Positions 38,936 to 48,789 of a DNA stretch of 64,000 nt are shown here, piece by piece; the stretch's first letter is position 1; each line of letters begins with the position of its first letter. Under the pieces are notes generated by a model. The model saw only the letters and a list, made by a program, of their open reading frames with translations, made no database searches and was not told where the DNA came from. Location: contig JAZSMH010000060.1 of assembly GCA_045535785.1 (NCBI GenBank), positions 2,560-66,559 on the forward strand, written 5' to 3'. A program made the translations under genes and the position numbers. Source of the DNA: Clostridia bacterium. GTDB lineage: Bacteria; Bacillota; Clostridia; Christensenellales; DTU072.

Positions 38936-38948
38936 GCCGTTCTTACTT

Positions 38949-39713
38949 CTATGCTTGTTCTTCGTTGTTTATTTCGTCCGAGGTGTTGGCTTCTTCTATA
39001 ATCGAGGCTTCTACTTGTTCTTCTTGCATTCTCTCTATAACGACGTCCTCTACTACTCTACCATCGTTGATCCTTATTATGCGGTTACCGTAAGACGCGT
39101 TATCCTCGCTATGGGTAACCTGCAAAATTGTGGTCTTCATTTCTTCATTAATCTTCTTCAACAAATTCATAATTTCGGTAGAATTCTTGCTATCGAGATT
39201 GCCGGTAGGCTCGTCTAAAAATATGATTTTTGGCTCGTAAATAAGTGCTCTTGCTATTGCTACTCTTTGTTGCTCACCGCCCGAAAGCTTGGTAGGCATG
39301 ACGTTAAGAAGGTCTTTAATTTTTAGATAATCAACGAGCTCGTTGAGCTTTTGTTCGTACTTTTTTGGTGACTTGCCATCCAAAATTAAGGGCAAAAGTA
39401 TGTTTTCTTTTACCGTAAGATATGGTGCAAGATTAAAGAATTGGAATACGAAACCTGACTTGGTTCTTCTTAACTTAGCAAGGTCTTTTTCTTTGAGCAA
39501 CGCTAAGTTCTTATCTTCGAAGATAACTTCGCCCGTTGTCGGTACGTCCATTCCACCTAAAATGCTAATAAGCGTGCTTTTGCCACTGCCCGACGCGCCC
39601 AAAATGCTGATAAAGTCGCCTTTGTATACACGTAGACTTACGCCTGCTAAGACGCTAGCTCTATTGTCGAAAGATTTAGTTACGCTATTAGCGCTCAAAA
39701 TTAGTTCAGGCAT
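38949..39713 (-). CDS. ABC transporter ATP-binding protein
   Basis: Walker A GASGSGKST, signature LSGGEQQR and Walker B IIFLDEPT. The start at 39713 has a GGAGGAG RBS. Confidence 0.9.
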   Translation of the reverse strand: MPELILSANSVTKSFDNRASVLAGVSLRVYKGDFISILGASGSGKSTLISILGGMDVPTTGEVIFEDKNLALLKEKDLAKLRRTKSGFVFQFFNLAPYLTVKENILLPLILDGKSPKKYEQKLNELVDYLKIKDLLNVMPTKLSGGEQQRVAIARALIYEPKIIFLDEPTGNLDSKNSTEIMNLLKKINEEMKTTILQVTHSEDNASYGNRIIRINDGRVVEDVVIERMQEEQVEASIIEEANTSDEINNEEQA

Positions 39714-41121
39714 CGTTCTCCTCCGAAAGACTGTCAATTTTGTTAGTAACCATGACGTAGAAGATTTGTGTAAGCAAGTGTGCCGATTGCTCCTCCACGT
39801 TATTAATGAAAGTGGACGCATCTTTTAATTCTAGATACTCTTGGCTGCTCGCATCCATATCGAGCAATTCTTCAAGGGTATAATCCCTACTCAAAAGTAG
39901 CGTCATTTGGTTCTTGGTATTCTCGTATAACTTGGCAAGGTCGACGAGAGATTGTTCGTACTCACTATCCTTCTCTCCCTCGCCTATTACGTACGCAAGA
40001 TCGGATAGCGTGTTGCTAACCTGCATATATTCATCAAAAAATTCTACGTAAGAATCATAGCTCTTTGTCAAAAGATTATTCGAAGCGTTAATTGCTGAGT
40101 TGAGAGCTTTTGCCGTTTTTATAGAGGTGATAATTTTGTTACATTCCTCCGTTCTTTCGTCATTCGCGCTCTTACTGTTCACCAAAAACTCTATATCTTC
40201 GGTGGTGGCGCATTTTAACAAATTACCAATAACAAGGAACAGGTCGCCGACTTTACCACGCACGCTGTCGCTGAGTGCCTGGGCTTTTGCGCCCTTTTCG
40301 CTAGTCGTATCGTAATCCCAAGTCCACCAAAGTACTCTTTCTAGCGTAGCAGTACCGCCCGAAAGTTTGGCAATATTAACGTAGGTGCCACCTAACTGGT
40401 AACATACTTGTTGCAGTGCTGTTGCCGTCGCGGTACTCATATAAGGCGTATCGGACATTTCGTCCACTCTAGAAATTACGTAGAGAGTGTTAGAAAAAAG
40501 CTTCAAAAAGTACTCCTCGCCTAAAATAGCAAGAAAACCCTGATAACTAGCGTCGGTGTTATCGGCGAGGAATTCGTAGATAAACGTAGCAAACTCGTCT
40601 TCGGTTAAAGTGCTCTGTCTAAGTAACGACGATATTCCGCTAAATATTGCTGTAAATAAGCCAACGGGCTTTTGTGCCTTGAGATAATTCTCTAATTCTT
40701 CAAAACTGTCGAACTGCTCCAAAAATTCTTGCGCATCCTTGAACGGTCCCGTCAAATTATTGACGTCAAGTTGGTCGGCAATCAACTTTAATTTGCGTGC
40801 GGGGATACGCGCTCTACTCATAGCACGTACCACCTTCTCGCTGAACGGTTCTATCAAAGAGGACACGTTAAAATACTTATTGAGCGAAGAGCCAAAATAA
40901 TTAGTAATGGCGTATTTGAGAGAGGTTGCGTACTGAAAATCGTTACCACTGCCTTGCGCGTAGTAGTCAATGTCGCTATCGTCGGTATGATATTCCCAAT
41001 CTTGATTAACTTGACCTTCTAGCAAGAAGGTGCCCGTTATTGCAAGCGCAAGAATAAGTAAAATACATACCGCGGTTATTATTTCTAATAATAAAGATTT
41101 ATCTCTAAATTGACGTTTCAT
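39706..41121 (-). CDS. N-terminally membrane-anchored helical protein of unknown function, first gene of the ABC operon
   Basis: It overlaps the ATPase start by 8 nt and has a single N-terminal TM segment. No family was recognised. Confidence 0.6.
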   Translation of the reverse strand: MKRQFRDKSLLLEIITAVCILLILALAITGTFLLEGQVNQDWEYHTDDSDIDYYAQGSGNDFQYATSLKYAITNYFGSSLNKYFNVSSLIEPFSEKVVRAMSRARIPARKLKLIADQLDVNNLTGPFKDAQEFLEQFDSFEELENYLKAQKPVGLFTAIFSGISSLLRQSTLTEDEFATFIYEFLADNTDASYQGFLAILGEEYFLKLFSNTLYVISRVDEMSDTPYMSTATATALQQVCYQLGGTYVNIAKLSGGTATLERVLWWTWDYDTTSEKGAKAQALSDSVRGKVGDLFLVIGNLLKCATTEDIEFLVNSKSANDERTEECNKIITSIKTAKALNSAINASNNLLTKSYDSYVEFFDEYMQVSNTLSDLAYVIGEGEKDSEYEQSLVDLAKLYENTKNQMTLLLSRDYTLEELLDMDASSQEYLELKDASTFINNVEEQSAHLLTQIFYVMVTNKIDSLSEENDA

Positions 41122-41129
41122 TTCAACTT

Positions 41130-41158
41130 ATTATACGATAATAAGTTGTCGTTGTCAA
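41130..41158 (-). promoter_or_regulatory. Consensus promoter placed for a leaderless transcript of the ABC operon
   Basis: The minus strand reads TTGACA-17 nt-TATAAT-8 nt-ATG. No Shine-Dalgarno sequence is present. Confidence 0.6.
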
Positions 41159-41444
41159 TAATAAGAACGAGCTAGCAGGTGTTTTAATTATTGAATCGAT
41201 TTTATAATTTTTGATGTTGATATGCTTGTTTGGGGTATAGATAATGCTAGTTAGGTATCCTAAAATATGATTTTTGCGCACGGTAAGATTTATATTCTAA
41301 TCGACCGAAAAAATTAACGGACAAAATTCATAGTTTTGATTTTGGTACTTACTTAAAAGGGTTTACCTTATTAATAAGGTAATATTAAAAAATAAAGCGG
41401 ATAAGCACTTGACTTTTTTATGATAAAATTATAATATTAATGGT

Positions 41445-42182
41445 ATGAAATGTGAATTTTGTGTAAAAGATTTGGAAGTAGTTTTTGAAGATAATCATAT
41501 TATAGTCGTGCAAAAACCGCAGAACATACCTACTTGTCCCGACGAAACCGGCGACAAAGATTTACTCACCGTTGTGAAGGAATACTTGATTGAAAAATAC
41601 AACAAGCCGGGTGACGCGTACGTTGGTCTTGTGCATAGACTAGATAGACCTACGGGTGGCGTAATGGTTTTTGCGAAGACGTCGAAAGCGGCGGCTAGAC
41701 TTTGTGAAAGCATCAAAAATGGTGAACTCGAAAAGAAATATTACGCTGTAGTCATTGGTACTCCGAGAGAGAAATCTGTAATTGGGCTTACCCATTATTT
41801 GGCTAAAAATCCTGCAAAAAATATAGTCAACGTAGTGCCTATGACTTCGGAAAACGCAAAGAAAGCGGTGCTTGATTATAAGGTGCTTGATTCTAACAAC
41901 AATACCTCTTTGCTCGGTATAAGACTACATACGGGTAGAGCGCATCAAATAAGGGTGCAAATGCAGACCATTGGTAATCCCCTATTCGGCGATCAAAAAT
42001 ACGGACAAGGCAAGAGTCCCGTTGGATATAATCTTGCGCTATGGGCGGTTGAACTTAAATTCGTACACCCTACTACCAAAGAAACTATGGTATTCAGAGT
42101 TTATCCCCCTACCGATGATACGCCGTGGAATTTTTACGACGTAACGAGATTCTTATCTATATCAATTAAAAACAACTATTAA
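41445..42182 (+). CDS. RluA-family pseudouridine synthase
   Basis: Contains HRLDRPTGGVMVFAKT and a HTGRAHQIR block. Confidence 0.8.
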   Translation: MKCEFCVKDLEVVFEDNHIIVVQKPQNIPTCPDETGDKDLLTVVKEYLIEKYNKPGDAYVGLVHRLDRPTGGVMVFAKTSKAAARLCESIKNGELEKKYYAVVIGTPREKSVIGLTHYLAKNPAKNIVNVVPMTSENAKKAVLDYKVLDSNNNTSLLGIRLHTGRAHQIRVQMQTIGNPLFGDQKYGQGKSPVGYNLALWAVELKFVHPTTKETMVFRVYPPTDDTPWNFYDVTRFLSISIKNNY

Positions 42183-42218
42183 TACAACGGACGCAAGTCC
42201 GTTATTTGTTATATAAAA

Positions 42219-43230
42219 ATGGAAAAAAAGAAAGTACTAATAATCTATACTGGTGGCACGATAGGAATGACGCGTACAGAAACGGGGTATGCACCTAAAA
42301 AGGGGTATTTGTTCGACGAACTTATGAAAATACCCGATCTTGACGCGCCCGAAGTGCCCGATTGGGATATGCTTGAGTTGTCGCCCCTTCTTGATTCGTC
42401 TAATATAACGGTGCATGAATGGAACAAGATTGCTACGGAAATTGAAAAAAGGTACGATAAATACGCCGGATTCGTAATTTTGCATGGTACGGATACTATG
42501 GCGTACACCGCGTCCGCGCTTTCTTTCATGCTAGAAAATTTATCCAAACCCGTAATACTTACAGGATCACAAATACCGCTATGCGAAATACGAAGTGATG
42601 CGCGCGATAACTTAGTGACTTCTCTCGTTATTGCGGGAAGCGGGCTAATTAACGAAGTGTGCTTGTATTTTGGCGATAAACTTATGCGCGGTAACCGCGT
42701 TACGAAATTCTCGGCGGACGGATTGTTTGCCTTCAAATCGGCTAATTATCCCCCTCTAGCAGAAGCTGGTATTGGTATAAATTACAACCTGCATCTTACC
42801 TAAACCTACGGAGCCTTTTTTTGTAACGAAGTTACAACCTATTCCGATAGGGGTAATAAAGGTTTTCCCTGGTATACAATTCGAATTATTCGAATCTATA
42901 ATGACGGAAAAATTGCGCGGAATCGTAATAGAAACTTTTGGTGCAGGCAATATCCCCGGTGACGGCAAGGCGTTGCTACCTATAATAAAGAAAGCCCTTA
43001 ATCACGGCACGGTAATCACCGTGTGCTCGCAATGTATAAAGGGTACCGTGAGTTTGGGCACTTATCAAACGAGTAACGCGCTCAAAGAAGCTGGTGCTGT
43101 AAGTGGATATGATATTACTACCGAAGCATCGGTTGCAAAACTCTATTATTTATTCAGTAAAAACTATGAAATAAGCGAAATAAAACGCCTAATGGAAGTA
43201 AATTTACGTGGCGAAATCAGTATTAAATAA
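42219..43230 (+). pseudogene. ansA: Type I L-asparaginase interrupted by a frameshift near 42785-42800
   Basis: The N-terminal part (KVLIIYTGGTIGM, HGTDTM) stops at 42803. The homologous continuation (LPKPTEPFFVTKLQPIPIGVIKVFPG...GIVIETFGAGNIP) is open in the +1 frame from about 42781. Confidence 0.7.
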
Positions 43231-43241
43231 GGGAGGTACGT

Positions 43242-44207
43242 ATGCTAAACGTAACGATGGAAGAATTTAACAAGCTTGACTTTACTCTATATGAAAACAA
43301 TCCCGTTATACGCTGTTTTGGCGGTTCTGCAGTAGTGGCGGATCCGTCGGTATTGTCACCCGAAAATTCACACGATAACAAGTGGCACCTTGCTTGTCAC
43401 ACCTATTACGGCGTATATCACTTCGAAAGTGACGACGGAATTAATTTCGTTAAAAAAGGTAAAATCGTAAATAGAGCAATGCGCCCCGACCTTAAATATA
43501 TAGACGGTACGTACTATATGTATTACGAGCGCGTACAAATTTTGCCCGCGAGAGCTTTATCCGCTATATGCGTTATCAAATGGAAGTCGGAAATCTATCT
43601 AATCAAGAGTAAAGACCTTGTTAATTGGTCTAAGCCTACCCCTATTATTGAATATAGTATGCCCTATCAAAAGGGAAAAATGGGTACGTCTATCTCTAAT
43701 CCCTTCTTAGTTAAAGAAGATAGCGAATATAGACTTTACTATTCCGCTAACCTATCATACCTATCGGACTGCAAATTCTGCGAGCCTACCTACATTGCGC
43801 TTGCGCGTGCAACTTCGCCCGACGGACCTTTCGTATCGGACGAAAAGCCCATAATGTCACCGTCTAACGAAGATAAATACAACAATAAAGGTTGCGGCTG
43901 TATAAAGGTATATAAGGTAAAGGACGGCTATATTGCCCTCCAAAACGGTATTTATATGGAAGGAAAAGACAGTCACTCTATGATAATGTTATTGAATAGT
44001 GACGACGGAATTAATTTCCGCTACGTAAAACCCCTTGTCGTGCCGCAAATGGTGGGTAATAACCCTTGGATGGCGCAATACGTCTATGCAAGCAACCTAA
44101 CCTATTATAATGGTAAATATTACGTTCACTTCAATGCACGCAACGTGGCAAATCCGTTGAAAGGAAAAGAGCACATTGGTATTGCGCTAGGCACAATACC
44201 AATGTGA
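43242..44207 (+). CDS. Glycoside-hydrolase-like beta-propeller protein (GH43/GH130-type, uncertain)
   Basis: Contains ADPSVL, repeated W/Y-rich blade-like segments and YYSA. No signal peptide. Confidence 0.4.
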   Translation: MLNVTMEEFNKLDFTLYENNPVIRCFGGSAVVADPSVLSPENSHDNKWHLACHTYYGVYHFESDDGINFVKKGKIVNRAMRPDLKYIDGTYYMYYERVQILPARALSAICVIKWKSEIYLIKSKDLVNWSKPTPIIEYSMPYQKGKMGTSISNPFLVKEDSEYRLYYSANLSYLSDCKFCEPTYIALARATSPDGPFVSDEKPIMSPSNEDKYNNKGCGCIKVYKVKDGYIALQNGIYMEGKDSHSMIMLLNSDDGINFRYVKPLVVPQMVGNNPWMAQYVYASNLTYYNGKYYVHFNARNVANPLKGKEHIGIALGTIPM

Positions 44208-44432
44208 ATAAGGATACAAATATATAAAGAAAATAGTCATTTTATAGACAACACTTGATTTTTCAATAGCTACAGCAGGTCGCTACAGTTGCGTTGCAGG
44301 TCGCTCACCTGCCGCTGGCGCAATACCAATGTGAATAAGGATATAAATATATAGAGAATAATTATTTTTTTAGACAACACTTAATTCTCCAACTGCGCTG
44401 CGGTCGCCACCGCTCACTGCGCTCAATCGGTA
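44187..44432. repeat. Tandem duplication (2 x ~127 bp) that starts inside the last codons of the upstream CDS
   Basis: GC(A/G)CAATACCAATGTGAATAAGGATA...TAGACAACACTT occurs at 44191 and again at 44318. Confidence 0.8.
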
Positions 44433-44440
44433 ATTTAGCT

Positions 44441-44474
44441 AAAAAAAAGAGAACCATAACGGTTCTCTTTCTTT
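44441..44474. terminator. Bidirectional terminator between convergent genes
   Basis: A-run, then GAGAACC-ATAAC-GGTTCTC, then TTTCTTT. Confidence 0.7.
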
Positions 44475-44489
44475 ATTATAATGATACGC

Positions 44490-44705
44490 TTATTCGATAG
44501 GCGTTGCTGCAGCTTCGTTAAGAGCGTTAAGCAATACGTCGGGATCAATTTCGTGTACCATAGCTGCTTGACCGATAGTTTCGCCATGGCTTAGCATGCA
44601 ACCTAAGCATCCTAGCTGAAAGCTTTGTAGCGTTCTTGCCATTGCTTCAAGATTAACGCCTTCGGTGTAAAAAGCATCAATTAATAGCGTGTCTTTTGTG
44701 AACAT
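44490..44705 (-). CDS. DUF1858-like small protein (hybrid-cluster-protein-associated redox domain)
   Basis: 71 aa, with GCLGCMLSHGETIGQAAMVHEIDPDVLLNALN. Confidence 0.55.
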   Translation of the reverse strand: MFTKDTLLIDAFYTEGVNLEAMARTLQSFQLGCLGCMLSHGETIGQAAMVHEIDPDVLLNALNEAAATPIE

Positions 44706-44765
44706 TTTATATTTACCTCCAAGTTCTTGCGTGTTTGTTTTAATTTAGTATGTAAAAAATATCGT

Positions 44766-46427
44766 TTATTCTTCAACGGGCGGAGCAATGCTCTCTTCGT
44801 ATGCAGAAAGTATGCTCGTTACGTCGGTGATTATCTTATTGTCTTCTTCTACTACCGATAAGAAGGGTTCGCCATAGACAAGAGTGAATATAGCGACGTT
44901 GGTTCTTAAAAATTCTACGAATGCCATCGCGTCTTCGTTCTTGCTTAGTGCGCCGTCACCTTCGTTATCAATAAACGTAATTACGTCGCTAAAGTTGTAC
45001 CATACGTCGGTGAAGATTGTTTCGTTAATCTCTAATCTTAACTCTTCTTCGGTGATTGTCATATATTTTAGGACGTAGGATATTACTGTGAAGATATCCA
45101 TTCTTGACGTTCCGCCTAAATCGTTAGAAACAACTCTATTGGCTAAATCGGTAAGGTCGAGCACTTGTCTATGGATAATCTCACCATTCATATAGATATA
45201 CATTATATCGCCGTAGATATATAGCGCTCTTTCTACCACGTTGGTTTTGTTATTGCTGTATTCTAGGAATACAAAGTTCTCGACGGTGTCTTCTTGGAAT
45301 ACACGAGTTGTAAGGTCAAAGGTATAACCGCTATCAACTACGCTATCGTTTGAATATTTTTTCATAGGTAGCGTTGCTCTATAGATAGCTTCTCTATAAC
45401 TATAATAACTTTCTCTTTCCTTTCTATCGTTAACGAAGTCGATTTTTACACCGTTAGCGTAGTCGTTAGTTACTGCAACGTTAAGTAATTCTACCGTCAA
45501 ATCTAGGTCGTCACCATCGATAAGGTTACTTTCGCTTTCGCTTAAATCAAGATTAGCGGTTGCTTTGAGCTCTGCAATCTTATTTGCGGAAGTCATGAAT
45601 TCTAGCACTACGTCGCTTTGCGGAACGTCACCCGACATTAATTCATCTCTAGTTACGCCAAATAGCGAAGCTACGAATTCGGTAATAGATTCTATTCCTT
45701 GCGGATCGTCTTTGATAAGGTCACCTAGGCTCTTGCATAAAATACCGAGCGTGCTATCAAGGTCTATATCTATAACGTACTTGAATTCTTCTTTGTTACT
45801 ATTACGTCTAGTTTTACCCGTGATATCCTTATTGGTCTTAACGTTAGATGCGAGTATACCTGCAATGTTGGATAGGTCGTTACCAGCGTATTCTTTCATT
45901 TCGTAAGGATAGATATCCGTCCAATTGCTGTTAGCAAGAGAGAATTTAACTTTGTTACCGCCGATATTTACGTACAATTCGTCTTTGTATAGATACACTC
46001 CGACTAATCTATTCTCTTCGGTAACGGTGCTTTCGGTAGCAAGTTCTATTGCAACGATAGCTTTGTCCTTCGGATTGTCGTAGTTGTATTTACCTTTTAC
46101 GAATAAATAAAAGTTATTGCCGTTAAGAATAATCTTCGCACCTGCATCACCGGTAACGTCTTTAGCTTTCTTTACCTTTGCTTCAGAAAACTCGTACGCT
46201 ACGTTGGTAAAACCTGCCAAAAACTTGATATATACGTCCTTGGGATCGGGTTTAGAGATGCTTTCCCAACCATCCGTCTTGTCTGTGGTATTACCGCCCG
46301 TAGGGGGATTGTTGCCACCGTTGTTACCGTTAGACGTGTCGTCGCCTTGAAGAAAATTGCACGAGCATAACAGCGTCGCTACTACTAAGCATAGTAACAC
46401 CACCATAAATAATACTTTCTTCTTCAT
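44766..46427 (-). CDS. Lipoprotein, unknown function
   Basis: Signal peptide with lipobox LLCSC, followed by a G/N-rich linker. Confidence 0.6.
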   Translation of the reverse strand: MKKKVLFMVVLLCLVVATLLCSCNFLQGDDTSNGNNGGNNPPTGGNTTDKTDGWESISKPDPKDVYIKFLAGFTNVAYEFSEAKVKKAKDVTGDAGAKIILNGNNFYLFVKGKYNYDNPKDKAIVAIELATESTVTEENRLVGVYLYKDELYVNIGGNKVKFSLANSNWTDIYPYEMKEYAGNDLSNIAGILASNVKTNKDITGKTRRNSNKEEFKYVIDIDLDSTLGILCKSLGDLIKDDPQGIESITEFVASLFGVTRDELMSGDVPQSDVVLEFMTSANKIAELKATANLDLSESESNLIDGDDLDLTVELLNVAVTNDYANGVKIDFVNDRKERESYYSYREAIYRATLPMKKYSNDSVVDSGYTFDLTTRVFQEDTVENFVFLEYSNNKTNVVERALYIYGDIMYIYMNGEIIHRQVLDLTDLANRVVSNDLGGTSRMDIFTVISYVLKYMTITEEELRLEINETIFTDVWYNFSDVITFIDNEGDGALSKNEDAMAFVEFLRTNVAIFTLVYGEPFLSVVEEDNKIITDVTSILSAYEESIAPPVEE

Positions 46428-46484
46428 AGTTGCCTCCTTTAATTGCTAGTAAGATTGCAATTGTCGATAGCAGTTTTTTTTTCG

Positions 46485-48206
46485 TTATGCGTTAATAAGG
46501 TCTATTTGTTCTTGGATAATTTTCTTTAAGGTTGCCGTAACTTCATTGTAAGGAACGGCTATATTTAGGCTCTTGTCTCTCGATTGAATCTCGATAGAGT
46601 CGTTAGCGAGCGCTCTGGGGCTAACCACAACGCGCAAAGGAATACCCATAAGGTCGCAGTCGGAGAATTTTACACCGGCGGAAGTATCTCTATCGTCGAA
46701 AATAACTTCTACGCCTGCGCTCTTCAATTCTTCGTACAACGCATATGCTTTTTCTTTGACGTTCGCGTCGTCTAGACGTAAACCGCATAGGTATACGTGC
46801 CAAGGTGCAATGGTCATGGGCCAAATAAGACCTTTTTCGTCGTGGCTTTCTTCCGCTACGCTAGCAAGTGCTCTGCCTACGCCTATTCCGTAGCAACCCA
46901 TAATGGGGTTGATTGCTTTACCATCACGGTTAAGCACGGTCATATTCATAGCCTTGGTATATTTCGTGCCGAGTTGGAAGATATTGCCTACTTCGATACC
47001 ATTCTCGATAGTAAGGGGCTTGTTGCATACGGGGCAACTTTCGCCACTCTTAACTTTTGCAATATCAACGAATTCTTTTACGCATAAATCTCTACTTACG
47101 TCTACGCCCGTGATATGGTATTCTTCTTTGTTCGCACCAGTAACCATATTGTTAGCGCCCTCAAGAGATTTATCGAAAATAACGGTGCCTTTTACGTCTA
47201 AACCTATGCAACCGATATTGCCTGCAACCAAACTTGCGGTATCGCCTAACGATGCGGGTACGATTTGTTTACCTATAATCTTGGTAAGTTTTGATTCGTT
47301 AACTTCTAGGTCGCCACGTATGAAGCAAAGCACGATATTCTCGGTGCCTTTTTCGTAATAGCAAACCGCCTTAATGGTCTTGTCGCTAGTTACGTTAAGG
47401 AATTTACAAACTTCGTCGATATCCTTCTTGTCTGCGGTGAATACTTCTTTTAATTCTTCGCTAACTTCCTCTCTTACGGTAACGCGGTTGCTTACTGCAA
47501 CTTCCATATTGGCTTTGTAGCCACAGTGGGGACAAATAACGATAGTATCTTCACCGATATCGGTAAGTAGCATATATTCGTGTGCTACGCTACCACCCAT
47601 CATACCGCTATCCGACTTAACCGCCACCACGCGCTTCATACCGATACGCTTGAATATTCTCGTATAAGCATCGTAAACTCTATCGTAGTACTTAACTAAA
47701 TCTTCTTGGTCAACGTGGAAGGAATACGCGTCTTTCATTGTGAACTCTTTTACTCTAATTAAGCCACCGCGCGCACGCGCTTCGTCGCGGAATTTGGTTT
47801 GAATTTGGTAAATCATATAAGGTAGCTGTTGGTAACTGCTTACCGTATCGCGAGAAAATTGTACGGCTGCCTCTTCGTGAGTCATGCCGAGCACCATATC
47901 TCTACCCGATCTATCCTTAAAGCGAACCATTTCTTCACCGATACTAAAGTATCTTCCACTCTCCGCCCACATTTCTTTGGGCATAACTACGGGGAACATA
48001 ACTTCTTGTCCGTCTACCTTATCCATCTCTTGACGGATGATATCCTCTATCTTCTTGGTAATTCTTTTTGCCGGCATAGCGAGCGTCCAAATACCGTTGC
48101 TGACGAGCTTCATATAACCTGCTCTAAGTAGCAAGATATGGCTAGCTGCGGTAGCATCGGACGGACTTGTCTTCGTTCTCTCTCCGACTAACTTCGATAT
48201 TAACAT
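46485..48206 (-). CDS. proS: Prolyl-tRNA synthetase (bacterial type with editing insertion)
   Basis: The N-terminus reads SKLVGERTKTSPSDATAASHILLLRAGYM. It has class II motifs and a C-terminal anticodon-binding domain. Confidence 0.9.
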   Translation of the reverse strand: MLISKLVGERTKTSPSDATAASHILLLRAGYMKLVSNGIWTLAMPAKRITKKIEDIIRQEMDKVDGQEVMFPVVMPKEMWAESGRYFSIGEEMVRFKDRSGRDMVLGMTHEEAAVQFSRDTVSSYQQLPYMIYQIQTKFRDEARARGGLIRVKEFTMKDAYSFHVDQEDLVKYYDRVYDAYTRIFKRIGMKRVVAVKSDSGMMGGSVAHEYMLLTDIGEDTIVICPHCGYKANMEVAVSNRVTVREEVSEELKEVFTADKKDIDEVCKFLNVTSDKTIKAVCYYEKGTENIVLCFIRGDLEVNESKLTKIIGKQIVPASLGDTASLVAGNIGCIGLDVKGTVIFDKSLEGANNMVTGANKEEYHITGVDVSRDLCVKEFVDIAKVKSGESCPVCNKPLTIENGIEVGNIFQLGTKYTKAMNMTVLNRDGKAINPIMGCYGIGVGRALASVAEESHDEKGLIWPMTIAPWHVYLCGLRLDDANVKEKAYALYEELKSAGVEVIFDDRDTSAGVKFSDCDLMGIPLRVVVSPRALANDSIEIQSRDKSLNIAVPYNEVTATLKKIIQEQIDLINA

Positions 48207-48233
48207 AATTCCCTTCTTCTTCTAATTAACTAA

Positions 48234-48590
48234 TTAATCTCTTACCTCAATCGTCCATTTGCCGATAAAGTAATCTTCTCTCTCTTCTAGTGCGTAAACT
48301 TTTACTTCGTAGGTGCCTGCCTTGGTAAACTTGCCGTCTTCAAGGTCAAGACTTTCTGCATCTTCGCCAACGAAAACTAAGTTCTTGGTGATATGACGAG
48401 TGGTGCCGTCTTTTAGGTTAGCTACGATATGAGCATCTGTATTCTTGTAGGTGTCGCCTACTGCATAAATAGTGTTATCGATATCTTGATAGCTATCGAT
48501 AACGGCTTCTTCTTCTCCGCAAGCTGCAAAAACGCATAGTACGGATACTAGTAAAACAGAGATGAGTAAAACTGTAAGTACTTTTTTCAT
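48234..48590 (-). CDS. Small lipoprotein
   Basis: Signal peptide with VFAAC. Confidence 0.55.
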   Translation of the reverse strand: MKKVLTVLLISVLLVSVLCVFAACGEEEAVIDSYQDIDNTIYAVGDTYKNTDAHIVANLKDGTTRHITKNLVFVGEDAESLDLEDGKFTKAGTYEVKVYALEEREDYFIGKWTIEVRD

Positions 48591-48789
48591 TAAACAAAAC
48601 TCCTTTTATGTACGCGCACAAGGGCGCAATATTCTATTATTTATATTATTATATACTCGCGCGCAAGGTTTGTCAAGGTTAAAATCTCACATACGCGTGC
48701 GTACGCAAGGAAAAACAGCAAAAAAAACACTAAATTAGCGTTCAACTAAGTTAGTGCGATTGATTTTTCAAATTACTTAATTTGACTAT

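Noticed and set aside
38949-39821. N-terminal 36-codon extension of the ABC ATPase in the ORF track
   Set aside because: The internal ATG at 39713 has a perfect GGAGGAG RBS and gives a canonical ABC N-terminus. The extension overlaps the upstream gene.
48207-48233. T-box leader upstream of proS
   Set aside because: Only 27 nt separate proS from the upstream lipoprotein gene, which is too short for a T-box. The 200-nt region upstream of that gene shows no specifier or T-box sequence that I can recognise.
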